A stretch of 45,655 nt of DNA from Oscillospiraceae bacterium (GTDB lineage: Bacteria; Bacillota; Clostridia; Oscillospirales; Ruminococcaceae). A model generated the notes under the pieces. That model ran no database searches, was not told where the DNA came from, and saw only the letters and a program-made list of their open reading frames with translations. Both the position numbers and the translations under genes were made by a program. Location: positions 2,861 through 48,515 of the forward strand of contig JAFLUE010000001.1 in NCBI GenBank assembly GCA_022508945.1. The letters run 5' to 3'. The stretch's first letter is position 1. Each line of letters opens with the position of its first letter. Of this stretch, positions 1-7,968 are shown piece by piece.

Positions 1-280
1 CTATTACAGATGCGGGAATCGGAAGACCGTCAACCAATTTGCCCGAAACCTGTGCTTGTACGGTCTTAGCCATGATTTTCGCGGCTTTTTCGGGGTTTCT
101 TAGTCTTATAAATTTGATAAGGTTAACGATCAGGCCTATAACCAATACAATAACGAAAATTCCGAAAGTAATGATTTCAGCATCTTCATAGTTATCCGCT
201 AAAAGTATACTAATTAATACAAATCCAAATATACATAATAAAAGTCCGAAAATAATTATGCCAGCTATGTACTTCCACAT
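1..280 (-). CDS. Membrane protein with two TM helices (partial, runs off left edge)
   Basis: Own translation from ATG 280: MWKYIAGIIIFGLLLCIFGFVLISILLADNYEDAEIITFGIFVIVLVIGLIVNLIKFIRLRN..., open to base 1; purine-rich RBS upstream. Confidence 0.75.
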   Translation of the reverse strand, partial: MWKYIAGIIIFGLLLCIFGFVLISILLADNYEDAEIITFGIFVIVLVIGLIVNLIKFIRLRNPEKAAKIMAKTVQAQVSGKLVDGLPIPASVI

Positions 281-304
281 AAAAATTACCATCCTTTTTT
301 CATT

Positions 305-919
305 TTAGGACTCCGCTTCGATTTGTTCCTTTTCCGGAACAAATACTCGAATTTCATTTTTTGTGGAAAATACAAGTCTTATTTCATCAAAATCATTAAT
401 AACCTCATCAGCTATCTCAAAAGCCACTATTCCGGTTTTTGATGACAGAGGATTAAGTGAAGTCATATGCAGATCGTCCGAATGCCCTAATAAATTTGTG
501 GATTTAAAGCTATATTCTTTATATTCAACCTTTGTTGTAACAGTGTCACCCACAGAAAAAGAAGGAAGAAATGTGCTGACCTCAGTTCCTGTATTTTTTA
601 CACTTATACTAAACACAACATATTTACTGCCTTCTTCCGGAGAGAAGTATGTTGTGACCGTGCCATAGGTCTTATTGTTTATCTTGTCTGCTATTTCAAC
701 CGAATTGACTGTGATCTCCCAATCATCAATATTTACTGTTTCACCGATATAGTAAGTTTCAGCGTCAGTATCTTCCGAGACAGACGAAGAATTTGACGGA
801 GTGTCGGAAGTTTGCCCTGCTGATTCGCTATGCTGAACATTTTTTAGAATTGTGCCGCAGCCGCTCAAGCTCATCGCGCAAATTAATGCCATTACTATAC
901 CTAATTTCCTCATTTTCAT
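305..919 (-). CDS. Lipoprotein, DUF4352-like (possible superinfection-exclusion type)
   Basis: Signal peptide with lipobox LSGC, Ser/Thr-rich linker, 'IGETV...EITVNSV...YVVFSISVKNTG...LNP...G.VAFEI' pattern; lies in the immunity region; RBS GAGAGGA before ATG 919. Confidence 0.7.
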   Translation of the reverse strand: MKMRKLGIVMALICAMSLSGCGTILKNVQHSESAGQTSDTPSNSSSVSEDTDAETYYIGETVNIDDWEITVNSVEIADKINNKTYGTVTTYFSPEEGSKYVVFSISVKNTGTEVSTFLPSFSVGDTVTTKVEYKEYSFKSTNLLGHSDDLHMTSLNPLSSKTGIVAFEIADEVINDFDEIRLVFSTKNEIRVFVPEKEQIEAES

Positions 920-1012
920 TGTTTTTATCCTCTCTTTCACATGATATATGACCTTTTTAAATTTGTTTTATTTCTTTAGATGTCTTTAATTATCATGATC
1001 GTATTAAAGACT

Positions 1013-1708
1013 TCAGGAAACGTTTGAAAAATTATTAGCTTGTTTCCACATCATGCTTAAGCGTTCATTTTCCAAATCTACCAAAGACTTAATATTAATC
1101 CCGCGTTTTATAAGTTTTGTGTTTGAAAGGATCTCAATTTCATCTAATGGAATTCCGCTCAAATACTGTTCAATTTCGTATTTTAGAGAATCTATTCGAT
1201 TTTGAATTACAAGTGGAGAAACAGCAAACTTTCTGACTTTTTCTTGACAAAAGCTCCAAGTACCTATGCCCTTGATCATAGAAGAGTACTCATTTTTTAT
1301 CATCGGTAAAAGTATTTTATAAGGAACTGTAAATTCAGCAGCTCCTTCATTTGCAAGCCACTCCAAATATCTGTTTTGATTTGGTTTAAGTGCTTCATAA
1401 CACCTCAGCAATGTTCCAGGCTTATCCGCGGTAGGTATATGCATAAGTTCGTGAAATCCGTGGAAATTCTGTTCCTCAAAGCTCTTGTTTTTGTTTACAA
1501 GAATCACATGATTTTCTTCTTTACTCTTTGTGATGTAAACCACACCTTTTAAATCATGAGTTTTAAAAGGAACCGCTTCAATTTTAACATTAGTGATATT
1601 TGAACACAGTTCAAATATATTAAGAGGATAATCGGAATCATTAATATTAAGGTGTGACTTTAATGTAGAAACAATTTCATACAGTTTTGCTTTGTTTATG
1701 TAAGAAAT
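1013..1708 (-). CDS. ImmA/IrrE-family zinc metallopeptidase (probable ATT start at 1708; ORF track starts at 1543)
   Basis: HELMH (HExxH) plus downstream 'EWLANEGAAEF' motif; directly downstream of the repressor; frame is open 55 codons further upstream, to an ATT just after GGAGGAG. Confidence 0.8.
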   Translation of the reverse strand: MSYINKAKLYEIVSTLKSHLNINDSDYPLNIFELCSNITNVKIEAVPFKTHDLKGVVYITKSKEENHVILVNKNKSFEEQNFHGFHELMHIPTADKPGTLLRCYEALKPNQNRYLEWLANEGAAEFTVPYKILLPMIKNEYSSMIKGIGTWSFCQEKVRKFAVSPLVIQNRIDSLKYEIEQYLSGIPLDEIEILSNTKLIKRGINIKSLVDLENERLSMMWKQANNFSNVS

Positions 1709-1710
1709 AA

Positions 1711-2043
1711 TTACTCCTCCCCTGTATTCCTCTGTTTTAACTTTTGAATAGTGCTTATTGCTAATTTAATATCTTCGGGATCGATACCCTCGTCTTGAGC
1801 ATTTTTGGCAAGACTGAAATATGCCTCGTCGAGACCGCCTCTATCTACTGAATTTCCTAAAAGTTCATCAACAGTAACAGAAAAAAAACTTGCAATTTCA
1901 GGAAGATATTTTTTATACGAAGCGCTTTTTCCATTTTTCCAAGCAGAAAATGTGCTTTTTTCAACTCCCAAATAATCAGTAAGTTCTTTTTGCTGACGAT
2001 TCTGTGCTGTCAACAATTCTATGATTTTGTTCAAAGTGTCCAT
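1711..2043 (-). CDS. CI-like XRE-family HTH repressor
   Basis: HTH 'QQKELTDYLGVEKSTFSAWKNG...IASFFSVTVDELLG'; RBS GGAGGTG before ATG 2043; divergent from the Cro-like gene. Confidence 0.9.
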   Translation of the reverse strand: MDTLNKIIELLTAQNRQQKELTDYLGVEKSTFSAWKNGKSASYKKYLPEIASFFSVTVDELLGNSVDRGGLDEAYFSLAKNAQDEGIDPEDIKLAISTIQKLKQRNTGEE

Positions 2044-2076
2044 TTTTATCACCTCCAAATTATGAAAAAGCGACAA

Positions 2077-2244
2077 AGTTGGATAAATTCCAACTACACC
2101 CCTTGACAGTTGGAGAAATATATGCTAAAATAAACACATGGTTGATAAAAATCCAACTTATCATGCTTCAAGGTACAGCAAATAGGTTTATGATATATAA
2201 ACTTTATGCAGACATATAGTATCATTTTTATCAACTTTTGTCAA
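2077..2244. promoter_or_regulatory. Lysis/lysogeny switch: face-to-face promoters and operators
   Basis: Rightward TTGACA(2103)-17-TAAAAT(2126); leftward TTGACA(2244-2239)-17-TACTAT(2221-2216); operator palindrome AGTTGGA-N5-TCCAACT at 2077-2095, variant at 2140-2158, half-sites at 2108 and about 2230. Confidence 0.8.
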
Positions 2245-2269
2245 TGGGTTATTTTATTTTTTGTAGGAG

Positions 2270-2503
2270 GTGACAAAATTGTTTGAAACTTTTAGGCAAA
2301 ATGTTAAGTCGTCGCTAAAAGAAAGGGGGTTGACGTATGCTCAACTCGGAGAAAAAAGCAATCTTGCCGAAAGCACAATAAAATATTTTATGTGTGGTGC
2401 AAGCAACAGTAGACGGGTAGCAGAAAAAATAGCAGATTGTCTTGGCTGGACACTACGATATGAGAATGGGCAATATCTGCCGGAAATTAAGGAGGACTTA
2501 TGA
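2270..2503 (+). CDS. Cro-like HTH regulator
   Basis: 'GLTYAQLGEKSNLAESTIKYF...AEKIADCLG' HTH; first gene of the rightward operon. Confidence 0.8.
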   Translation: MTKLFETFRQNVKSSLKERGLTYAQLGEKSNLAESTIKYFMCGASNSRRVAEKIADCLGWTLRYENGQYLPEIKEDL

Positions 2504-3264
2504 ACGAATTACAAGTATTCACCAATGAAGTGTTCGGAGAAATCCGAACGTATAAGGATAACGGCAAGGTGATGTTTTGCGCTTCTGATGTTGCGAGAGC
2601 ATTAGGCTATTCAGATACAGCAAAAGCGGTAAAAACACACTGCAAAGAAGATGGGTGGGCGATTTGCCCAGTCATAGACAATATGGGTCGAGAACAGCAG
2701 GCAAAGTTTATCAATGAGGGTAATGTTTACCGACTTATCACGCACAGCAAGCTCCCGAGCGCCGAGAAGTTTGAAAGTTGGGTATTCGATGAGGTTCTTC
2801 CTTCGATACGCAAGCACGGAATGTATGCGGTAGACGAGCTTATCGCAAATCCCGATCTCGGAATTGCCGCGCTTACTGCTCTGAAAGAGGAGCGTGCCAA
2901 AAACAGGGAGCTTGAAAACAGGGTTGAGCAGGACGCTCCCAAAGTGTTGTTCGCGAATGCAGTCGAAACGGCGAAAACCTCAATACTTATCGGTGACCTC
3001 GCAAAGCTTCTCAAGCAGAATGGTATTGACACGGGACAGAAGCGACTGTTTGAACAACTCCGCCAGGAGGGCTATTTGATGAAGGGTGGTACTTCGCACA
3101 ATATGCCGACACAACGTTCTATGGAAATGGGGCTTTTTGAGGTTAAGGAAAGCACGATAAACAATCCCGACGGCAGCGTTCGTATCAACCGCACAACAAA
3201 AGTCACAGGCAAAGGGCAGACCTACTTTATAAACAGGTTCTTGGGCACTCTGTCTGAACAGTAA
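2500..3264 (+). CDS. Phage antirepressor (Bro-N + ANT/KilAC)
   Basis: 'MNELQVFTNEVFGEIRT...FCASDVARALGY...FESWVFDEVLPSIRKHG' and C-terminal 'APKVLFANAV...GDLAK...TKVTGKGQ'. Confidence 0.92.
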   Translation: MNELQVFTNEVFGEIRTYKDNGKVMFCASDVARALGYSDTAKAVKTHCKEDGWAICPVIDNMGREQQAKFINEGNVYRLITHSKLPSAEKFESWVFDEVLPSIRKHGMYAVDELIANPDLGIAALTALKEERAKNRELENRVEQDAPKVLFANAVETAKTSILIGDLAKLLKQNGIDTGQKRLFEQLRQEGYLMKGGTSHNMPTQRSMEMGLFEVKESTINNPDGSVRINRTTKVTGKGQTYFINRFLGTLSEQ

Positions 3265-3284
3265 AGGAAAGCGAGGTGAACCAA

Positions 3285-3542
3285 ATGCCAAAACTAAAGC
3301 TCTCCCCTGTTGCTAAGGCGGCGGAGATAGTCCAAAGGAACATCGAATCGCGCGGAGCATTGTTTGGTTTGAGAACTGAGCGCGATTTCTCCGAGCGGCT
3401 CAATATGCCGAAATCAACATATCACGCAAAGCGAACAAAACCGAGGACGTGGACTGTCGCGGAGCTTGCTATGGTGGCTTGTGTGCTTAAGGTCACGCTA
3501 TCATGGCTGATGATAGATCATAGCGGCGAAATCACAGAATAG
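3285..3542 (+). CDS. Hypothetical HTH-like phage protein
   Basis: RBS GAGGTG; 'FSERLNMPKSTYHAK...WTVAEL...LKVTLSWL' resembles an XRE HTH. Confidence 0.6.
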   Translation: MPKLKLSPVAKAAEIVQRNIESRGALFGLRTERDFSERLNMPKSTYHAKRTKPRTWTVAELAMVACVLKVTLSWLMIDHSGEITE

Positions 3543-3560
3543 CGAAAGGACGTGAACACA

Positions 3561-3764
3561 ATGAAATCAAGAGAAATAATCGCAGGAGTGCTATTGATTG
3601 TAGGAATGCTCCTCGCGATCGGCGCGGTAGGCACGCTTGATTTCCTCGGCGACGATGCGACGGAGAATGATCTGATTCGTGAGGTTATCAAGAGCGTTAT
3701 TGCGGTTGTACTTATGGTGAGTGCGCCGATCGTGGCGGTAAGGGCGGGTGATGGCAATGTCTAA
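3561..3764 (+). CDS. Small membrane protein
   Basis: Two hydrophobic segments; operon position. Confidence 0.6.
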   Translation: MKSREIIAGVLLIVGMLLAIGAVGTLDFLGDDATENDLIREVIKSVIAVVLMVSAPIVAVRAGDGNV

Positions 3765-4068
3765 ACCGATAATAAGCATCGATAAGAACGGAAATGGTTC
3801 GATGCAGACCATAATAAACGGCGATTCGTATGATGTGATAGAGGCATTAAATGCTGCTGTTTATGGTGTAATAAAATGTCTTTCAAACACTGGGGTTTAT
3901 AAGTCCAAGAACTTCGCGTCTCAGTATGGTAGCACATTTCTTGCTATACTTAAAGCTAATGGCTTTACGCCTGATGAAATAAGACAGATAGGCACAGCAC
4001 TTATCGCACTCGCCGAATTACCGCCGGTTTTCCCCGAAAAAGAAACGCCGCCCTCGGCGAACGAATAG
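3757..4068 (+). CDS. Hypothetical phage protein
   Basis: ORF overlapping the upstream stop, co-oriented with the early operon. Confidence 0.55.
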   Translation: MSKPIISIDKNGNGSMQTIINGDSYDVIEALNAAVYGVIKCLSNTGVYKSKNFASQYGSTFLAILKANGFTPDEIRQIGTALIALAELPPVFPEKETPPSANE

Positions 4069-4124
4069 GCGGCACACATAAATATTCACAAGCTAATTAT
4101 AGCACAGAAAAATCTAAATGTCAA
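4037..4124 (-). ncRNA. Putative short antisense RNA with consensus promoter and terminator
   Basis: Minus strand TTGACA(4124-4119)-17-TATAAT(4101-4096) with extended TG, then a GCCGCC...GGCGGC hairpin and T-run about 50 nt downstream. Confidence 0.5.
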
Positions 4125-4135
4125 TAGGAGTATTA

Positions 4136-4693
4136 ATGGATAATTTATTGCCTTTTCTCAATAAGAAATACAAAATAATCTATGTTGATCCTATGTGGGA
4201 ATATAACAACAAAGGTACAAGAGCCTCAGCAGACAAGCATTATAGCACTATGACGATCAGCGAGCTAAAAAAATTACCTGTCAACCCTACAAGCGGGGGA
4301 GGTATCGCTGCAGAGGATTGCGTACTTTTTATGTGGGCGACTTTCCCTATGTTGCAGGAGGCTCTTGATTTAATTAAAGCGTGGGGCTTTACATACAAGA
4401 CGATTGCTTTCAATTGGGTAAAGCAGAATAAAAGCGGCAGCGGGTTATTTTGGGGGCTTGGAAATTACACAAGAGGCAGTTCTGAAATTTGCTTACTTGC
4501 CACAAAGGGAAAAATTAAAAGAGTTAATGCCGCCGTGCATAGTGTCATAATTTCCCCAATTCAGGTCCATAGTCAAAAGCCTGATAAGGTCAGAGAAAGA
4601 ATCGTTGAACTTATGGGCGATATTCCGCGCATTGAACTATTTGCCCGAAAAAAAGTTGACGGGTGGGACTGCTGGGGAGACCAAATATCATAA
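4136..4693 (+). CDS. MT-A70-family adenine methyltransferase (DPMW variant motif)
   Basis: 'KYKIIYVDPMW...HYSTM...LFMWAT...AWGFTYKT...HSQKP...RIELFAR...GWDCWG'. Confidence 0.88.
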   Translation: MDNLLPFLNKKYKIIYVDPMWEYNNKGTRASADKHYSTMTISELKKLPVNPTSGGGIAAEDCVLFMWATFPMLQEALDLIKAWGFTYKTIAFNWVKQNKSGSGLFWGLGNYTRGSSEICLLATKGKIKRVNAAVHSVIISPIQVHSQKPDKVRERIVELMGDIPRIELFARKKVDGWDCWGDQIS

Positions 4694-4712
4694 AATTCTA
4701 AAAGGAGAACGA

Positions 4713-5321
4713 ATGAACATTGAAAATAAAGAACTTATAGTAGACAATTTCGCCGGAGGCGGCGGAGCTTCAACGGGGATAGAGCTTGCGGTTGGCCGCC
4801 CGGTGGATATCGCGATAAACCATGATCCAGACGCTATTGCAATGCACCGCATGAATCACCCGTACACAAAGCACTATTGCGAGAGCGTGTGGGAGGTGAA
4901 TTCCGTTGAGATCTGCGGCGGAAAGCCCGTTGCGCTGATGTGGCTGTCGCCCGATTGCAAGCACTTTTCGAGAGCGAAGGGCGGTAAGCCTGTTGATAAG
5001 AACATCCGCGGGCTTGCATGGCTCGCGGCTCGTTGGGCGGCGACCGTAAGACCGAGGGTAATAATTCTGGAGAACATTCCCGAATTCAAGACGTGGGGAC
5101 GGCTCGGCAAAGATGGAAAGCCCGACCCGAGATATTCGGGAGAGACTTTCCGCAGCTTTGTAAGAACATTGGAGAGTTGTGGGTATAAAGTTGAATGGAA
5201 AGAGCTTAAAGCCTGCGATTACGGCGCGCCGACCATACGCACACGCTTCTTTCTGATAGCTCGTTGTGACGGCAGACCGATCGTGTTCCCGAAGCCTACA
5301 CACGGTAGAGGAGGAATATGA
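4713..5321 (+). pseudogene. C5-cytosine DNA methyltransferase, C-terminally truncated
   Basis: Motifs I (FAGGGG), IV (SPDCKHFS), VI (ENIPEF), VIII (RTRFF); stops after about 202 aa with no TRD or motifs IX/X. Confidence 0.8.
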
Positions 5322-5381
5322 CTTTCTCGAAGATGAATACATGGACAGGTACTACAGCGAAAAATACGGAGATGATTACTA

Positions 5382-5693
5382 ATGGGCAGACAAATAATCC
5401 CGCCCGACGATCCGTTGACTCTTGAAATCGTCAAGTTATACGAAAGCGGTTTGGGAGCCGCGGCAATCGGCAAGAAGGTGTTTTTGAGCTATTCGGCGGT
5501 TCATAGCCGCTTAAGAAGCGCAGGTGTAAAACTAAGAACTGAAAACAAACGCAAGCCAATTCCGCAGTATAAGGTCAAGCGGATAAAAGCTCTTTTCGCA
5601 GCAGGCAGGAGCTACCGAAAAATTGCCGAAGAGGTTGGCGTAAGCCATGCAAGCGTTAGAAAATACTGCAAGAATTTAGATCGGAGGTCATAG
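5382..5693 (+). CDS. Tandem HTH DNA-binding protein
   Basis: Two HTH-like units: 'LYESGLGAAAIGKKVFLSYSAV' and 'AGRSYRKIAEEVGVSHASVRKY'. Confidence 0.7.
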   Translation: MGRQIIPPDDPLTLEIVKLYESGLGAAAIGKKVFLSYSAVHSRLRSAGVKLRTENKRKPIPQYKVKRIKALFAAGRSYRKIAEEVGVSHASVRKYCKNLDRRS

Positions 5694-5821
5694 TGAATAA
5701 CCCACCTGAACGCTGCCCTTACTGCGGCAGTATAGAAAACCACGGAAATCTCTGCGATTGGTGTAATAATCCTATCTCAGAAGATTATATACCCACGAAT
5801 AATAAAAAGGAGGACAAAAAA

Positions 5822-6178
5822 ATGAAGATCAAACTTGAATTTACGGAGCTCGATCCCGAGCAGGCTATGTCGCTTATTGCGTTTGCAACGGGGCAGAATA
5901 CGGGGGAAAACAAGCCTTCTGTTCCTGCTTTGCAGATAAGCGCCGGTGAACCCGATAAGCCCTCGGCTGTCTCAGCCACTGAAGAAAAGCCCGCCAAAAG
6001 AAAAGCCGCAAAGAAGGATGTCACTCTTGAGGAGGTCCGCGCGGCAATGCTGGCTAAGGTCAAGGAAGGAAAAAAAGAAGCGGTTCAAGGGCTTATAGCA
6101 AAGCGCGACGCGGCTAAACTCACCGAGATCGATGCGGAGGAATACCCCACGCTTCTTGAAGAATTGGAGGCTGTATAA
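5822..6178 (+). CDS. Conserved phage protein upstream of DUF2800 nuclease (in-frame CxxC extension from 5693 possible)
   Basis: RBS AGGAGG before ATG 5822; C-terminal 'VTLEEVRA...K.EAV..LI....A.KL.EI..EEYP.LL' typical of this position. Confidence 0.7.
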   Translation: MKIKLEFTELDPEQAMSLIAFATGQNTGENKPSVPALQISAGEPDKPSAVSATEEKPAKRKAAKKDVTLEEVRAAMLAKVKEGKKEAVQGLIAKRDAAKLTEIDAEEYPTLLEELEAV

Positions 6179-7314
6179 TGAGTGCACACGCTTTACTGTC
6201 CGCGTCGAGTTCGCATCGTTGGCTCAACTGCCCGCCTTCCGCAAGGCTGTGCGAGGGAAAACCGGATACGGCTGGAGAGGCCGCAGCAGAGGGTACAGAC
6301 GCACATTCCCTGTGTGAATATAAGCTGAAAAAAGCGCTCGGGTTTGCCGATATTGAGGATCCTACAGAGGACCTTACCTATTATGACAACGAAATGGAGA
6401 GCTGCACTGAAGGATATGTCGCGTTCGTTCTTGAATTGCTTGAGCGTGCAAAGCAGTCCTGCTCCGACCCTGTTGTACTGATAGAACAGCGGCTTGACTT
6501 TTCGGATTATGTTGAGAACGGCTTCGGAACGGGCGATTTAGTAATAATTGCCGATGGCACGCTATACATAGTAGATTTCAAGTACGGAAAGGGAGTTTTG
6601 GTGGATGCGGAAGATAATCCGCAGATGAAACTGTACGCCCTGGGTGCGCTTGCGCTCGCCGACGGGATTTACGATATCGACACGGTTTGTATGAGTATAT
6701 ACCAGCCGCGCCGCGATAACGTATCAAGCTGTACGATCACGAAGACGGAGCTCTCGGAATGGGCGGAAAAGGTTCTGAGACCTACAGCCGAGCTTGCCTA
6801 TAAAGGCGAGGGGGAATTCAGATGCGGTGAGTGGTGCGGTTTCTGCAAGGCAAAGGCTACCTGCCGCGCCCGCGCGGAGAAAAACCTCGAGCTCGCAAAG
6901 TACGAATTTCGCGAGCCGGGAGAGCTTGAAGACGATGAAATTGAGAAGATCTTAGCGCAAGCAGACGAGCTTGTTTCATGGGCGAACGATATCAAGGCAT
7001 ACGCGCTGAGAGAGGCACTTTCCGGAAAAGTATGGAGCAAATTCAAACTTGTTTCGGGGACAAGCCGCCGTAAGTATGCTGATGAAAATCTCGTCGCGGC
7101 GGCGGTTCAAAAGGCAGGATATGATCCGTATGAGAGATCAGTTCTTGGAATTTCGGATATGACAAAAATGCTCGGAAAGAAGAAATTTGACGAGCTGCTC
7201 GGTGAGCTTATCATAAAACCCGCGGGAAAGCCCGTTCTGGTATCCCGCGAGGACAAGCGCCCTGAGCTTAACAGTACGGAAAACGCGGCAATGGATTTTG
7301 CCGAGGAAGATTAA
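6178..7314 (+). CDS. DUF2800 Cas4-like PD-(D/E)XK exonuclease
   Basis: 'HALLSASSSHRWLNCPPS', 'GFGTGD', 'DFKYGKG', 'QMKLYALG', 'CGEWCGFC...C'. Confidence 0.9.
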   Translation: MSAHALLSASSSHRWLNCPPSARLCEGKPDTAGEAAAEGTDAHSLCEYKLKKALGFADIEDPTEDLTYYDNEMESCTEGYVAFVLELLERAKQSCSDPVVLIEQRLDFSDYVENGFGTGDLVIIADGTLYIVDFKYGKGVLVDAEDNPQMKLYALGALALADGIYDIDTVCMSIYQPRRDNVSSCTITKTELSEWAEKVLRPTAELAYKGEGEFRCGEWCGFCKAKATCRARAEKNLELAKYEFREPGELEDDEIEKILAQADELVSWANDIKAYALREALSGKVWSKFKLVSGTSRRKYADENLVAAAVQKAGYDPYERSVLGISDMTKMLGKKKFDELLGELIIKPAGKPVLVSREDKRPELNSTENAAMDFAEED

Positions 7315-7343
7315 ATTCAGATAATTAACAGGAGGAAATTATT

Positions 7344-7907
7344 ATGGCACAGAACACAGCTACAAAGGTAATCACAGGAAAAAAGACTCGCTGGAGCTAC
7401 TGCAATGTATTCGAGCCCAAGGCGATCGAGGGCGGCAAGCCGAAGTACAGCGTTAGCCTTATTATCCCGAAGGACGACAAGGTTACTATCGACCGAATCA
7501 GGGCGGCAATTGAGGCGGCGTATAAGGACGGCGAGAGCAAGCTGCGCGGCACAGGAAAGACCGTACCGCCTCTCAAGACACTCAAGCTTCCGCTGCGCGA
7601 CGGAGACGAGGAGCGCCCCGACGATCCTACATACGCGAACAGCTATTTCGTTAACGCGAACAGCGATACCGCGCCCGGGATCGTTGACGCTCAGAAGCAG
7701 GAGATCCTTGACCGCTCAGAGGTCTACAGCGGCTGCTACGGGCGCGCGAGCATCAACTTCTACGCGTTCAATGCAAACGGGAACAAGGGTATTGCCTGCG
7801 GTCTGAACAATCTCCAGAAGATCGCGGACGGCGAGCCCCTCGGCGGAAAGACACGCGCTGAAGATGATTTCGATGTTGAGGACAACGAGGACGATTTTCT
7901 TTCGTAA
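7344..7907 (+). CDS. DUF2815 single-stranded DNA-binding protein (T7 gp2.5-like)
   Basis: 'KYSVSLIIPK...PLRDGD...EVYSGCYGRASINFYAF...GIACGLNNLQK' with acidic C-terminal tail. Confidence 0.9.
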   Translation: MAQNTATKVITGKKTRWSYCNVFEPKAIEGGKPKYSVSLIIPKDDKVTIDRIRAAIEAAYKDGESKLRGTGKTVPPLKTLKLPLRDGDEERPDDPTYANSYFVNANSDTAPGIVDAQKQEILDRSEVYSGCYGRASINFYAFNANGNKGIACGLNNLQKIADGEPLGGKTRAEDDFDVEDNEDDFLS

Positions 7908-7919
7908 TTGAGAAAGTAA

Positions 7920-7942
7920 GGGCGCTCGCAAAAGAGCGCCCC
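7920..7942 (+). terminator. Hairpin after SSB
   Basis: GGGCGCTC-GCAAAA-GAGCGCCC; no clear U-tract. Confidence 0.45.
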
Positions 7943-7968
7943 GATACCCATCGAGAGGAGTGAAATAT

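Noticed and set aside
6178-7314. Cas4-like nuclease as evidence of CRISPR-Cas
   Set aside because: It is the DUF2800 exonuclease of the standard nuclease-SSB-PolA phage replication module
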